From NCBI GenBank assembly GCA_900319995.1, contig ONQO01000004.1, positions 531 to 64,530 on the forward strand: a DNA stretch of 64,000 nucleotides. Reading direction: 5' to 3'. The stretch comes from an uncultured Bacteroidales bacterium. GTDB taxonomy: Bacteria; Bacteroidota; Bacteroidia; Bacteroidales; Paludibacteraceae. The notes beneath the pieces were generated by a model. The model was not told the origin of the DNA. It ran no database searches and was given only the letters and a program-made list of their open reading frames with translations. Position numbers and translations under genes: made by a program. Below, in pieces: positions 27,721-34,770 of this stretch; positions within the stretch are counted from its first letter, which is position 1; each line of letters starts with the position of its first letter.

Positions 27721-28038
27721 CTATCTTTTGTACAAATCGTTAATAGTTTTTCCCGATTTTTGTTGATTTGGGGGAGAAGAAGTAGTTGTCCCCTCTGAAT
27801 GAGAGAAATTAGATCGCCATATTTCTTTTCTTAATAGTTCCTCTTCGTAAATTTTTTCCCTCTTTTTCTCCTCTGTATCTCCAATACATGCCAAAATAAT
27901 TAGGGAGATGTAAGGCGAAATAATACATGCCAATAAGAACCAACCTAATCCGCTACGTCCTCGTTTGCGGGCAACACTTGCAGTTACAAACGTCAAAACG
28001 ACTGTTACAATAAAGAATAAAATACTAAAGATTTCCAT
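27721..28038 (-). CDS. Small two-TM membrane protein, unknown function
   Basis: 105 aa. MEIFSILFFIVTVVLTFVTASVARKRGRSGLGWFLLACIISPYISLIILACIG, followed by a charged/Ser-Thr tail. Confidence 0.55.
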   Translation of the reverse strand: MEIFSILFFIVTVVLTFVTASVARKRGRSGLGWFLLACIISPYISLIILACIGDTEEKKREKIYEEELLRKEIWRSNFSHSEGTTTSSPPNQQKSGKTINDLYKR

Positions 28039-28100
28039 AAAATTTATATTTTTTTAATCATTATGCACACAAAAAACGTGAGGCTTGTTAGCTTCAATTC

Positions 28101-28224
28101 GGGACTCGAGGATTCTGGACTACCTTCTTTCACCAAATATCTACAGAACAAGGCTCACGCACACGTGAGCAAAAGCCTTGTTCTTGGTGAAAGAATCTCA
28201 AAAGTGTCCAGTTTTCGAGTTCCC
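28101..28224. repeat. Long imperfect inverted repeat (nested hairpin, about 124 nt)
   Basis: Pairings: actcga/ctggac (28104-28120) with gtccag/tcgagt (28206-28220); ttctttcaccaa (28125-28136) with ttggtgaaagaa (28184-28195); agaacaaggc (28145-28154) with gccttgttct (28175-28184). The apical stem is tcacg/cgtga. Confidence 0.8.
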
Positions 28225-28334
28225 AAGTTTTTAGCTTAGTGCTTTATTTTCTCATGTAGCGCAACGCTTTGCGCCGGGTTTATCGGTCAGACCGATAGAT
28301 GTTTTTGCTGTTTAACGTCGGCAGGCGACGAGGG

Positions 28335-28931
28335 TTATTTTATTGATTCAATAATTGTTTCTGTCCATTGAGGGAATGATTCTACATATCTCTTGGCGAA
28401 CCTGCCATCAACGGTGCGGAATAACAAATGTGCATTTTGATTGTCAATAGAGTTGTCGTAAAAATACGCTCTATCTACAAATTGTGTTACCTTTATGGCA
28501 TTGATAATGGCTTTCTCATAACGCGATATAATTTTCTGAATGGGCACATCGTGTCCGCCTTCCATGACGCGGTTGGCAATACGTGCTGCGTTGATGGTCG
28601 GCGATTCGGTGCAGATAAAGAACATACGAATAAAATATCCTTCCTCCTTTGCGCGTCTCAAGAAATCTACTTTCCCGTCGGAAGACAACACCGTTTCAAA
28701 GATGAAATCTTTGTGTTCGCGGAGTAATTGTTCGCGCCATTCGTCACAATACTCAACCGCTTGACGCACAGCATTTATATCGTTCCAGTCTCCGAACTTG
28801 CTTTGCGCTATTTCGTCAGGATTGATATATACACACTGCTCAGCCCACTCGTGCTTGATGACCAAACGAGTAGTGGACGTCTTTCCCGAGCCATTCGGGC
28901 CGGCAATAACTATCAGAACAGGCTTTTTCAT
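28335..28931 (-). CDS. Zeta-toxin-family P-loop kinase (COG4185-like)
   Basis: 198 aa. Walker A IAGPNGSGKTS at residues 9-19, FIFETVLS, and RVMEGGHDVPIQKIISRY, which matches the zeta/AAA_33-like pattern. Confidence 0.7.
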   Translation of the reverse strand: MKKPVLIVIAGPNGSGKTSTTRLVIKHEWAEQCVYINPDEIAQSKFGDWNDINAVRQAVEYCDEWREQLLREHKDFIFETVLSSDGKVDFLRRAKEEGYFIRMFFICTESPTINAARIANRVMEGGHDVPIQKIISRYEKAIINAIKVTQFVDRAYFYDNSIDNQNAHLLFRTVDGRFAKRYVESFPQWTETIIESIK

Positions 28932-29083
28932 AATTCTTGCGCCATTTGGCGGATATGTGCGAAATAGGCAGCGTGTGCACGGTCGTGGCGCTCTTTCGCC
29001 TCTACTGCTACTTCGTGCATCAACTGGTCCAACTGTTCCTCTGTAGGCTCTTGGTCAATGTTTGTAAAACGGTAATCATCCAT
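28928..29083 (-). CDS. Small acidic protein upstream of the zeta-like kinase (candidate antitoxin)
   Basis: MDDYRFTNIDQEPTEEQLDQLMHEVAVEAKERHDRAHAAYFAHIRQMAQEL (51 aa). ATGA overlap with the kinase start. The longer track ORF (start 29149) would overlap the promoter at 29106-29137. Confidence 0.55.
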   Translation of the reverse strand: MDDYRFTNIDQEPTEEQLDQLMHEVAVEAKERHDRAHAAYFAHIRQMAQEL

Positions 29084-29105
29084 AATTCTAAAACCTTTGC
29101 GGGTG

Positions 29106-29137
29106 CAAAGGTACAACAAAAAAATGACATACGCAAA
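29106..29137 (-). promoter_or_regulatory. Promoter for the antitoxin/zeta pair (-7 TACCTTTG, -33 TTTG)
   Basis: caaaggta at 29106-29113 and caaa at 29134-29137, with a 20-nt spacer. Confidence 0.65.
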
Positions 29138-29185
29138 TTTGTATGCCATTTTTTTGAATTTTGGGGAATAAAGAAACTTAAGTTA

Positions 29186-30394
29186 TTAGCTTATACGTGT
29201 ATATTCACCATCTTGCGACTTTACATACTCATGTCCGGCATCATCCTTGTACATATTTCCAAATACGTTCTGTAGGCGGACTTTGGAGCCATCACTTAAT
29301 TCTACACCATAATAGGGGCCTTGTGGAGACAGTGCGTCATTAGTCTTTCTAGAAGACTCTGCTGCCGCTTTTACGAACTCTTTGGGAGCTTCTTTTATCA
29401 TATTAAAAGCAGTATATATTAAAACTAACCCGATTAAACCGAATATAAATGTTGTTATTGCACCAATAATTCCGATGGGATAATACAAAAGAATGGCTAA
29501 TATAACAAATATCCTATTATACCATTTATCACCTTTATACTTGATTATACGGGATAAATAGTTGGCATCGGTGGCAAACAACATCGTATTTAGAATTACA
29601 AGAATGCTGATTACAGGTCCGGTCAAAAGTACCCACCAGCCCAATCTCCAGGGATTAATATACCATAATGAAGTACCCATGTCCGTTTCCTTGATACCGA
29701 CAATTATGTATAAAATCATTAGTGAACATGCTATTAGTGACAAAGGAATAGTGCATGTTAAGATATTATATTCTCGCGGAGACAAGGGAGCTGTGATAGC
29801 ATCCCCTTTGGCTCTGGAACGCGGATGAAGAAGATACAGCAACAAAACCATCAAAAGCGCACATCCGGACAATATATAAATTGAATTGCCTTGAAAGAAA
29901 GCTGCCAAAATTTTGCCGTGTGTAGTATATTCACGATGAAAAAGACTATGACTACCTAATTCCAGTTGTTGCTTGCCTTTCTTCTTTTTACTATTCCCGT
30001 TTTGAATCTCTTGTTTTGGAACAATCTCCCTTTCGCAAACATAGCCTTTGTTATCCGGCAATATATACCAATAATCCGCGTTCTCCACTTTTCTTAGCGG
30101 ATCATTTTCCGGCAAGGATTCTATTGATTGTGCCTCAAAAACCGTATCTACGTTGATATAACCTATTACTTTCGCATACATATCAGGTTTTTGAAAAATT
30201 GGGACTGTATCATACCGAGCACTTTGCCCATTCGAATCATTGTAATCATAATTTTTATTGGTATATACCCCCTCTTTGTAAAAATATTTTTGCTTGCTTT
30301 TATAAGGCAGAATGATATCAGTATAAACAGTATATTGCACAAAGGCCGCAAAAATAATTGCTATTATTGCCAATATGTTACTCAGATATTTCAT
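29186..30394 (-). CDS. Multi-pass membrane protein, unknown function
   Basis: 402 aa. One N-terminal TM helix, a soluble segment of about 150 aa, about 5 TM helices, and a soluble C-tail (GVELSDGSKVRLQNVFGNMYKDDAGHEYV). The DNA is very AT-rich. Confidence 0.6.
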   Translation of the reverse strand: MKYLSNILAIIAIIFAAFVQYTVYTDIILPYKSKQKYFYKEGVYTNKNYDYNDSNGQSARYDTVPIFQKPDMYAKVIGYINVDTVFEAQSIESLPENDPLRKVENADYWYILPDNKGYVCEREIVPKQEIQNGNSKKKKGKQQLELGSHSLFHREYTTHGKILAAFFQGNSIYILSGCALLMVLLLYLLHPRSRAKGDAITAPLSPREYNILTCTIPLSLIACSLMILYIIVGIKETDMGTSLWYINPWRLGWWVLLTGPVISILVILNTMLFATDANYLSRIIKYKGDKWYNRIFVILAILLYYPIGIIGAITTFIFGLIGLVLIYTAFNMIKEAPKEFVKAAAESSRKTNDALSPQGPYYGVELSDGSKVRLQNVFGNMYKDDAGHEYVKSQDGEYTRIS

Positions 30395-30420
30395 ATTCGA
30401 AAACGATATTTTTTTACACT

Positions 30421-32658
30421 TTATCTCTTTTCACCGGTAATGCCATATTTTCTGCCGTCCGGCATGAGGATAAGCATACTTCCGTTGTCTATTATTTTGC
30501 GTATAGTTTCGGAAGTATTGTCTATCGTATTAACCGCATCAGCAATATCATAGTGGCAGTCCTCCGGATCAGCGGGAATGTTCTTCAAAGGCTCAATGGT
30601 CTTAAACTGCTTCCATAACGGAGCTGAACTATAGTCAGTTATACTCTGTTCCGGTACATACAACTTGATATCGTCATTGACATAGAAGGCATTGTACATA
30701 CTTGTCACTATGGGCGGTGTAACAGCCCTGCAAACCACTTTTTTTATGGTGGTATTAAAAGATACCGCATCCTGTAGTAGTGAGTCACATGTTTCTGGTA
30801 AATAAATGGATGTGAGCGGCGTATAAGCACAAGCTTGTCTATCCATGACTTGTACGCTATCCATGATTAGACAAGTAAGGGCTTCGCAGTCATACAGTGC
30901 AAATTTAGGAATCACTTTCAAACCACCCATATCCACCTTTGTTAGTTGCTTGCATTGAAAGAACACTTTTTCATCAGCCCAACGAATTGCTGAAGGAAGT
31001 GTAACTTCATGCAGTCCCGTATTGGAGAATGCTTTAAAACCGATACTGTCCAATGAGTGCGGCAAATCAATCTCATGTAATGCTGTATCATTCTCGAACG
31101 CGGCTACTCCTATCACTTCGACTCCTTCGGGTATAATCACTTTTTTCAGCTGTGTCATGCCGTTGAGTGCTCCGCTATCCCAACCGATATCACCCAAAGC
31201 TGTGCTTCCTTCAAGCAGTCGAAACTCTTCCATAGATTCATTGGCACTATAAAAGAGCAAATAGGGATTATAGGTATCACGATGGCACATCATCTCTGCA
31301 TATTGTATTTCCTTACAACCAGAGAAAGCATTACTGCTTCCTCCATTGGTATTCCAATACGGGGTTCCCTCTATATATACACGGGCTAAATGCTCATTTC
31401 CTGCAAAACAGAAAAATCCTACGGTATCTATATTGGCAGGAATACGTATTTCTTTCAAATTACAATTACGGAATGCTTCATTTCCTACATACGACAATTT
31501 GTCAGGGAATGTGATTTCTTCAATGCCGGAATTATAGAAGGCGGCATCATGGATTTTGGTGATAGAATTGGGCAATGTAATCTTTTTTAACGCCTTACAA
31601 TCACTAAAAGCCCATGCGCCGATAAACGTAATTCCTTCGTGCATATCCACGGTATGAATATTTTGGCAACCATAGAAACATTGATCGGGAATGAATGTAC
31701 TGTTGTCTTTGAGTTCAATCACCTGTAATGCGTCCATATTATTTCCCATTATAGATTTCATTAATGGCGTATATTCATTGGCTGTAAGTCGTAATGTCGT
31801 TAAACTTTTACAGCCATTAAACACGCTGTATTCTATGTTAGTGTGCGCGCCATTGATATAGACCTTTTTCAATGAAATACAATCTGCAAATGCACTGGTT
31901 TCAATAGTTGTAATATCATCCGGAATGGAAATCTCGTCCAAAGAAACACATCCTTGGAATGCATGCTTACCAATCTTGTTTAAATTCATAGTAGGAAAAT
32001 CAAACTCCCTCAAGTCTTTACAGAAACGAAAACAAAAACTTGGAATTTCTTTCAAAAGCGGACAAGTGCAAGTCACATAGTCCATATCTTCGCATCCTTC
32101 GAAAGCGCTTTCACCAAGTTCTACCAAGAGTGGTGGTAAAACAAATGCCTGTAAAGACACGCAATTGTAAAAAGCCATATCCTCAATAGTGGTCGCAAAA
32201 GGAAAGAGAGCAGACACGAGTAACGGACAATTGCTAAAAGCACTTGGTCCTATATAAGTTACCAATTCACTTTCTATGGCAACAATAGATGTATTACTGA
32301 AAGCCGATTGTTGTATTTCGTTGATAGGTCCAAGGTTAACGGAAATAATGTCCGTCTGCTGAGAAAAAGCTCCTGCTCCAATGATAGTAGGAGTATATGA
32401 TTCTAATTTCTCAATTGTTTTTATCCATTCTTTTTTCTCTTCTGACCATATGCTTTCTCCCCATATAGTATCATACACTACATCCGGAATAGTGATAGAA
32501 TGTAAATTGTAATTATATCTTCTCTCAACCTTGCACTCTCTGGTCTCATCATCCGCGTTGTATTGCAATCCGGCATAATTGAATACACAATATTTTGCAT
32601 CTACATGCACACATAGGCATGAGAAGAACACAATAAAAAGTAGAAATCTTTTTTTCAT
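30421..32658 (-). CDS. BspA-type leucine-rich repeat (LRR_5) surface protein with conserved C-terminal tail
   Basis: 745 aa. Signal peptide MKKRFLLFIVFFSCLCVHVDA. More than 15 units such as IGxxAFxxCxxLxxIxLP. The tail reads KIIDNGSMLILMPDGRKYGITGEKR. Confidence 0.85.
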   Translation of the reverse strand: MKKRFLLFIVFFSCLCVHVDAKYCVFNYAGLQYNADDETRECKVERRYNYNLHSITIPDVVYDTIWGESIWSEEKKEWIKTIEKLESYTPTIIGAGAFSQQTDIISVNLGPINEIQQSAFSNTSIVAIESELVTYIGPSAFSNCPLLVSALFPFATTIEDMAFYNCVSLQAFVLPPLLVELGESAFEGCEDMDYVTCTCPLLKEIPSFCFRFCKDLREFDFPTMNLNKIGKHAFQGCVSLDEISIPDDITTIETSAFADCISLKKVYINGAHTNIEYSVFNGCKSLTTLRLTANEYTPLMKSIMGNNMDALQVIELKDNSTFIPDQCFYGCQNIHTVDMHEGITFIGAWAFSDCKALKKITLPNSITKIHDAAFYNSGIEEITFPDKLSYVGNEAFRNCNLKEIRIPANIDTVGFFCFAGNEHLARVYIEGTPYWNTNGGSSNAFSGCKEIQYAEMMCHRDTYNPYLLFYSANESMEEFRLLEGSTALGDIGWDSGALNGMTQLKKVIIPEGVEVIGVAAFENDTALHEIDLPHSLDSIGFKAFSNTGLHEVTLPSAIRWADEKVFFQCKQLTKVDMGGLKVIPKFALYDCEALTCLIMDSVQVMDRQACAYTPLTSIYLPETCDSLLQDAVSFNTTIKKVVCRAVTPPIVTSMYNAFYVNDDIKLYVPEQSITDYSSAPLWKQFKTIEPLKNIPADPEDCHYDIADAVNTIDNTSETIRKIIDNGSMLILMPDGRKYGITGEKR

Positions 32659-32722
32659 TTCTGTTTTTCTTTTTTATTCCGCCTACTCACTTATGGCTTT
32701 TGGGCATACTCCTATTTTTCTA

Positions 32723-33097
32723 TTATTTTTTGTCAACGAAGTAGATGACAATTAAATCATAGAGCGGGTAGTCTTTGTATTCGACTAAAAATTCCACTTC
32801 TCCGGGTAGCTCGTCGGGAAACTGAATACCTAATTTGGTATTTCTATCCACCCAACGGACTTTGGAATCCGTATCATCATAGCCTTTCAGATTATAAATA
32901 CCATACAGTTCACCCAGGGAGTCGTCCTCATTCAAAGCAAAAACTCTACATTCAAAATTCGAATAAGAGGTATGATTAACCACCTTGATCTGGTTATAAC
33001 GCTCCTCGGGACCATTAACCGTAAAGGACATTGGGTTTTCAGACATAACCCTTGTTGTCACCATAAGTGCTGCCAAAAGAAAGAAAAATTTACGCAT
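32723..33097 (-). CDS. Small secreted protein, unknown function
   Basis: The likely start is MRKFFFLLAALMVTTRVMS at 33097 (124 aa). The longer track ORF would overlap gtrA. Confidence 0.55.
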   Translation of the reverse strand: MRKFFFLLAALMVTTRVMSENPMSFTVNGPEERYNQIKVVNHTSYSNFECRVFALNEDDSLGELYGIYNLKGYDDTDSKVRWVDRNTKLGIQFPDELPGEVEFLVEYKDYPLYDLIVIYFVDKK

Positions 33098-33099
33098 AT

Positions 33100-33615
33100 C
33101 TATTGGATTTGTTTGGTTACACGGAAGGTATAGTATTTCTGGCAGAAATAACTGATTATCACCGTAACGAGAGTGACAGCTATTTTGCTCGGAGTAGGAT
33201 ACCACCCCAGACTCTCAACGCATAACTTGAGCCCGAAATAGTTGATTGCCAGATTGATTGCGACGATAAGCGTATAGCGCCCTAATTGTCTGACGCCGTG
33301 CAGGTTAGAACGTGTAAATGTGACATATTTCTGCAGCCAAAACCCGGTCAGCAACGTAATCGGGAAGACTATACACAATGTGGCTATATGGGGAGTAATC
33401 GCCTGATTAATTGACAGATGACAAATATCAAATGACAAATTGACTATTTCGTGCCCTATAACAAAGTTATACACCAGGAAATAAAGTACCCAGTCAAGCA
33501 CTAAGTTTCCACCTCCGCAGGCAGCATAACGGAACAACTGCTCGGACATGATTTTCCGGAACGGCGGATAGAAAAAATCAATTATTTTCGTTATTATTTG
33601 CGCGAGTTGGTTCAT
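33100..33615 (-). CDS. GtrA-family membrane protein
   Basis: 171 aa with 4 TM helices. The N-terminal FRYAACGGGNLVLDWVLYFLVYN motif is typical of GtrA-like proteins. Confidence 0.75.
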   Translation of the reverse strand: MNQLAQIITKIIDFFYPPFRKIMSEQLFRYAACGGGNLVLDWVLYFLVYNFVIGHEIVNLSFDICHLSINQAITPHIATLCIVFPITLLTGFWLQKYVTFTRSNLHGVRQLGRYTLIVAINLAINYFGLKLCVESLGWYPTPSKIAVTLVTVIISYFCQKYYTFRVTKQIQ

Positions 33616-33643
33616 TATTTTACTTCGTCATCCAAATGGCGTG

Positions 33644-33675
33644 CAAAAGTACAAAAAAAATCCGATATATGCAAA
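33644..33675 (-). promoter_or_regulatory. Promoter for the gtrA-LRR-membrane protein operon (-7 TACTTTTG, -33 TTTG)
   Basis: caaaagta at 33644-33651 and caaa at 33672-33675. Confidence 0.6.
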
Positions 33676-33683
33676 CTTATACA

Positions 33684-33714
33684 CAAAAAAAGAGTGCCAA
33701 GGCACTCCTTTTAT
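33684..33714 (-). terminator. Terminator after the lipoprotein gene
   Basis: The gagtgcc/ggcactc hairpin sits between an A-run and a T-run. Confidence 0.55.
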
Positions 33715-33748
33715 GCAAAAATCCGTCATTTTTCTGCTTTCGGATGAC

Positions 33749-34123
33749 TTAAAGCGTCACTCTTTGGAGCTCAGTGACCGGGTCAGCAAGGTTGAGAACG
33801 ATGATCAGACCTTTGTACGAGTCGTTGGTCTCTTTGCGTACACGCGCTACGCCATTCTCAAAAGCGTCTTTGGCACGCTTATCAGCGTTCTTGCGTGTGT
33901 CCTTGAAGATGATGCCCTTCTGATCTGCTGCTTTCTCCATCTCGTCGTTGATAATAGGCAGACCATTCAGCTCAAACTGCATGCACAATGCCGGGTCCTG
34001 ATCCACCGGAGCCAACTTTACTTCATACGGATAACTACTCTTCTGCTCATTCTCGCAAGAAACGAACATTGCGCCCACCAGGGCAAGGCAGCATACTACT
34101 GCCAAAGAAAAAATCTTCTTCAT
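33749..34123 (-). CDS. Lipoprotein, unknown function
   Basis: 124 aa. Lipobox in MKKIFSLAVVCCLALVGAMFVSC. Confidence 0.65.
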   Translation of the reverse strand: MKKIFSLAVVCCLALVGAMFVSCENEQKSSYPYEVKLAPVDQDPALCMQFELNGLPIINDEMEKAADQKGIIFKDTRKNADKRAKDAFENGVARVRKETNDSYKGLIIVLNLADPVTELQRVTL

Positions 34124-34138
34124 AATACTGTAAATAAA

Positions 34139-34654
34139 TTATTGTAGTTGTTTTACAAATACAGCTTTCACGTCGCGTTTGCATTGATGGGAAACGCTGT
34201 TACGGCTATGAGTTGCTGTAGTATGGTAGTCCCACTCCATCTTGCCATTCTCCGGGAACGAAACCTTGAAATCATAGATCTCCGCATTGTCTCTACGCTG
34301 AAAACCATCCTCTGCACGGAAATAAACTTGGTTGTTCTTCGTGTCGATTTCTAACATGCCTTCGTACTCCTCGCGGCTCTCATCGGCGAAATTCTCCTTG
34401 TAGAAATACGCATCGCCGTCGTCGGTTTTCTTCTTCTCAATAACAAGAAAACCATCGTTGTAATTCAACTCTTTCTCAGTGATGTTGTCATCGAGGTTCT
34501 TCCAAAGAACGGAATAGGAAGTCAGTTTCCACGAACCAATCATCTGGTCGTAATTCATTTTCTTACTGCCATCTTCCGGCTCATCCTTACCGCAGGCTGT
34601 AAAGAATACCATGCTAATCATGCACATAAGTGCTGCATAAAAAAACTTTTTCAT
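34139..34654 (-). CDS. Lipoprotein, unknown function
   Basis: 171 aa. Lipobox in MKKFFYAALMCMISMVFFTAC. Confidence 0.65.
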   Translation of the reverse strand: MKKFFYAALMCMISMVFFTACGKDEPEDGSKKMNYDQMIGSWKLTSYSVLWKNLDDNITEKELNYNDGFLVIEKKKTDDGDAYFYKENFADESREEYEGMLEIDTKNNQVYFRAEDGFQRRDNAEIYDFKVSFPENGKMEWDYHTTATHSRNSVSHQCKRDVKAVFVKQLQ

Positions 34655-34688
34655 TGTTGTTTATCTGCTATTTTTACAAATTCGGCGG

Positions 34689-34720
34689 CAAAGGTACAAC
34701 TTTTTTCTGACATATGCAAA
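34689..34720 (-). promoter_or_regulatory. Promoter for the two lipoprotein genes (-7 TACCTTTG, -33 TTTG)
   Basis: caaaggta at 34689-34696 and caaa at 34717-34720. Confidence 0.65.
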
Positions 34721-34749
34721 AAAAATCGCCCCTAAGGACGATTTTTTTG
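34717..34749 (-). terminator. Terminator after the Big_2 protein gene
   Basis: aatcgccc-ctaa-ggacgatt hairpin flanked by A and T runs. It has the same architecture as the pckA terminator. Confidence 0.6.
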
Positions 34750-34770
34750 TATAATTCCACGAATGGAATA

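Noticed and set aside
28063-28239. 58-aa plus-strand ORF (MHTKNVRLVSFNSGLEDSGLPSFTKYLQNKAHAHVSKSLVLGERISKVSSFRVPKFLA)
   Set aside because: It spans exactly the long palindrome, and such symmetric DNA readily gives open frames. No promoter box lies upstream, so I treat the region as a structured element rather than a gene.
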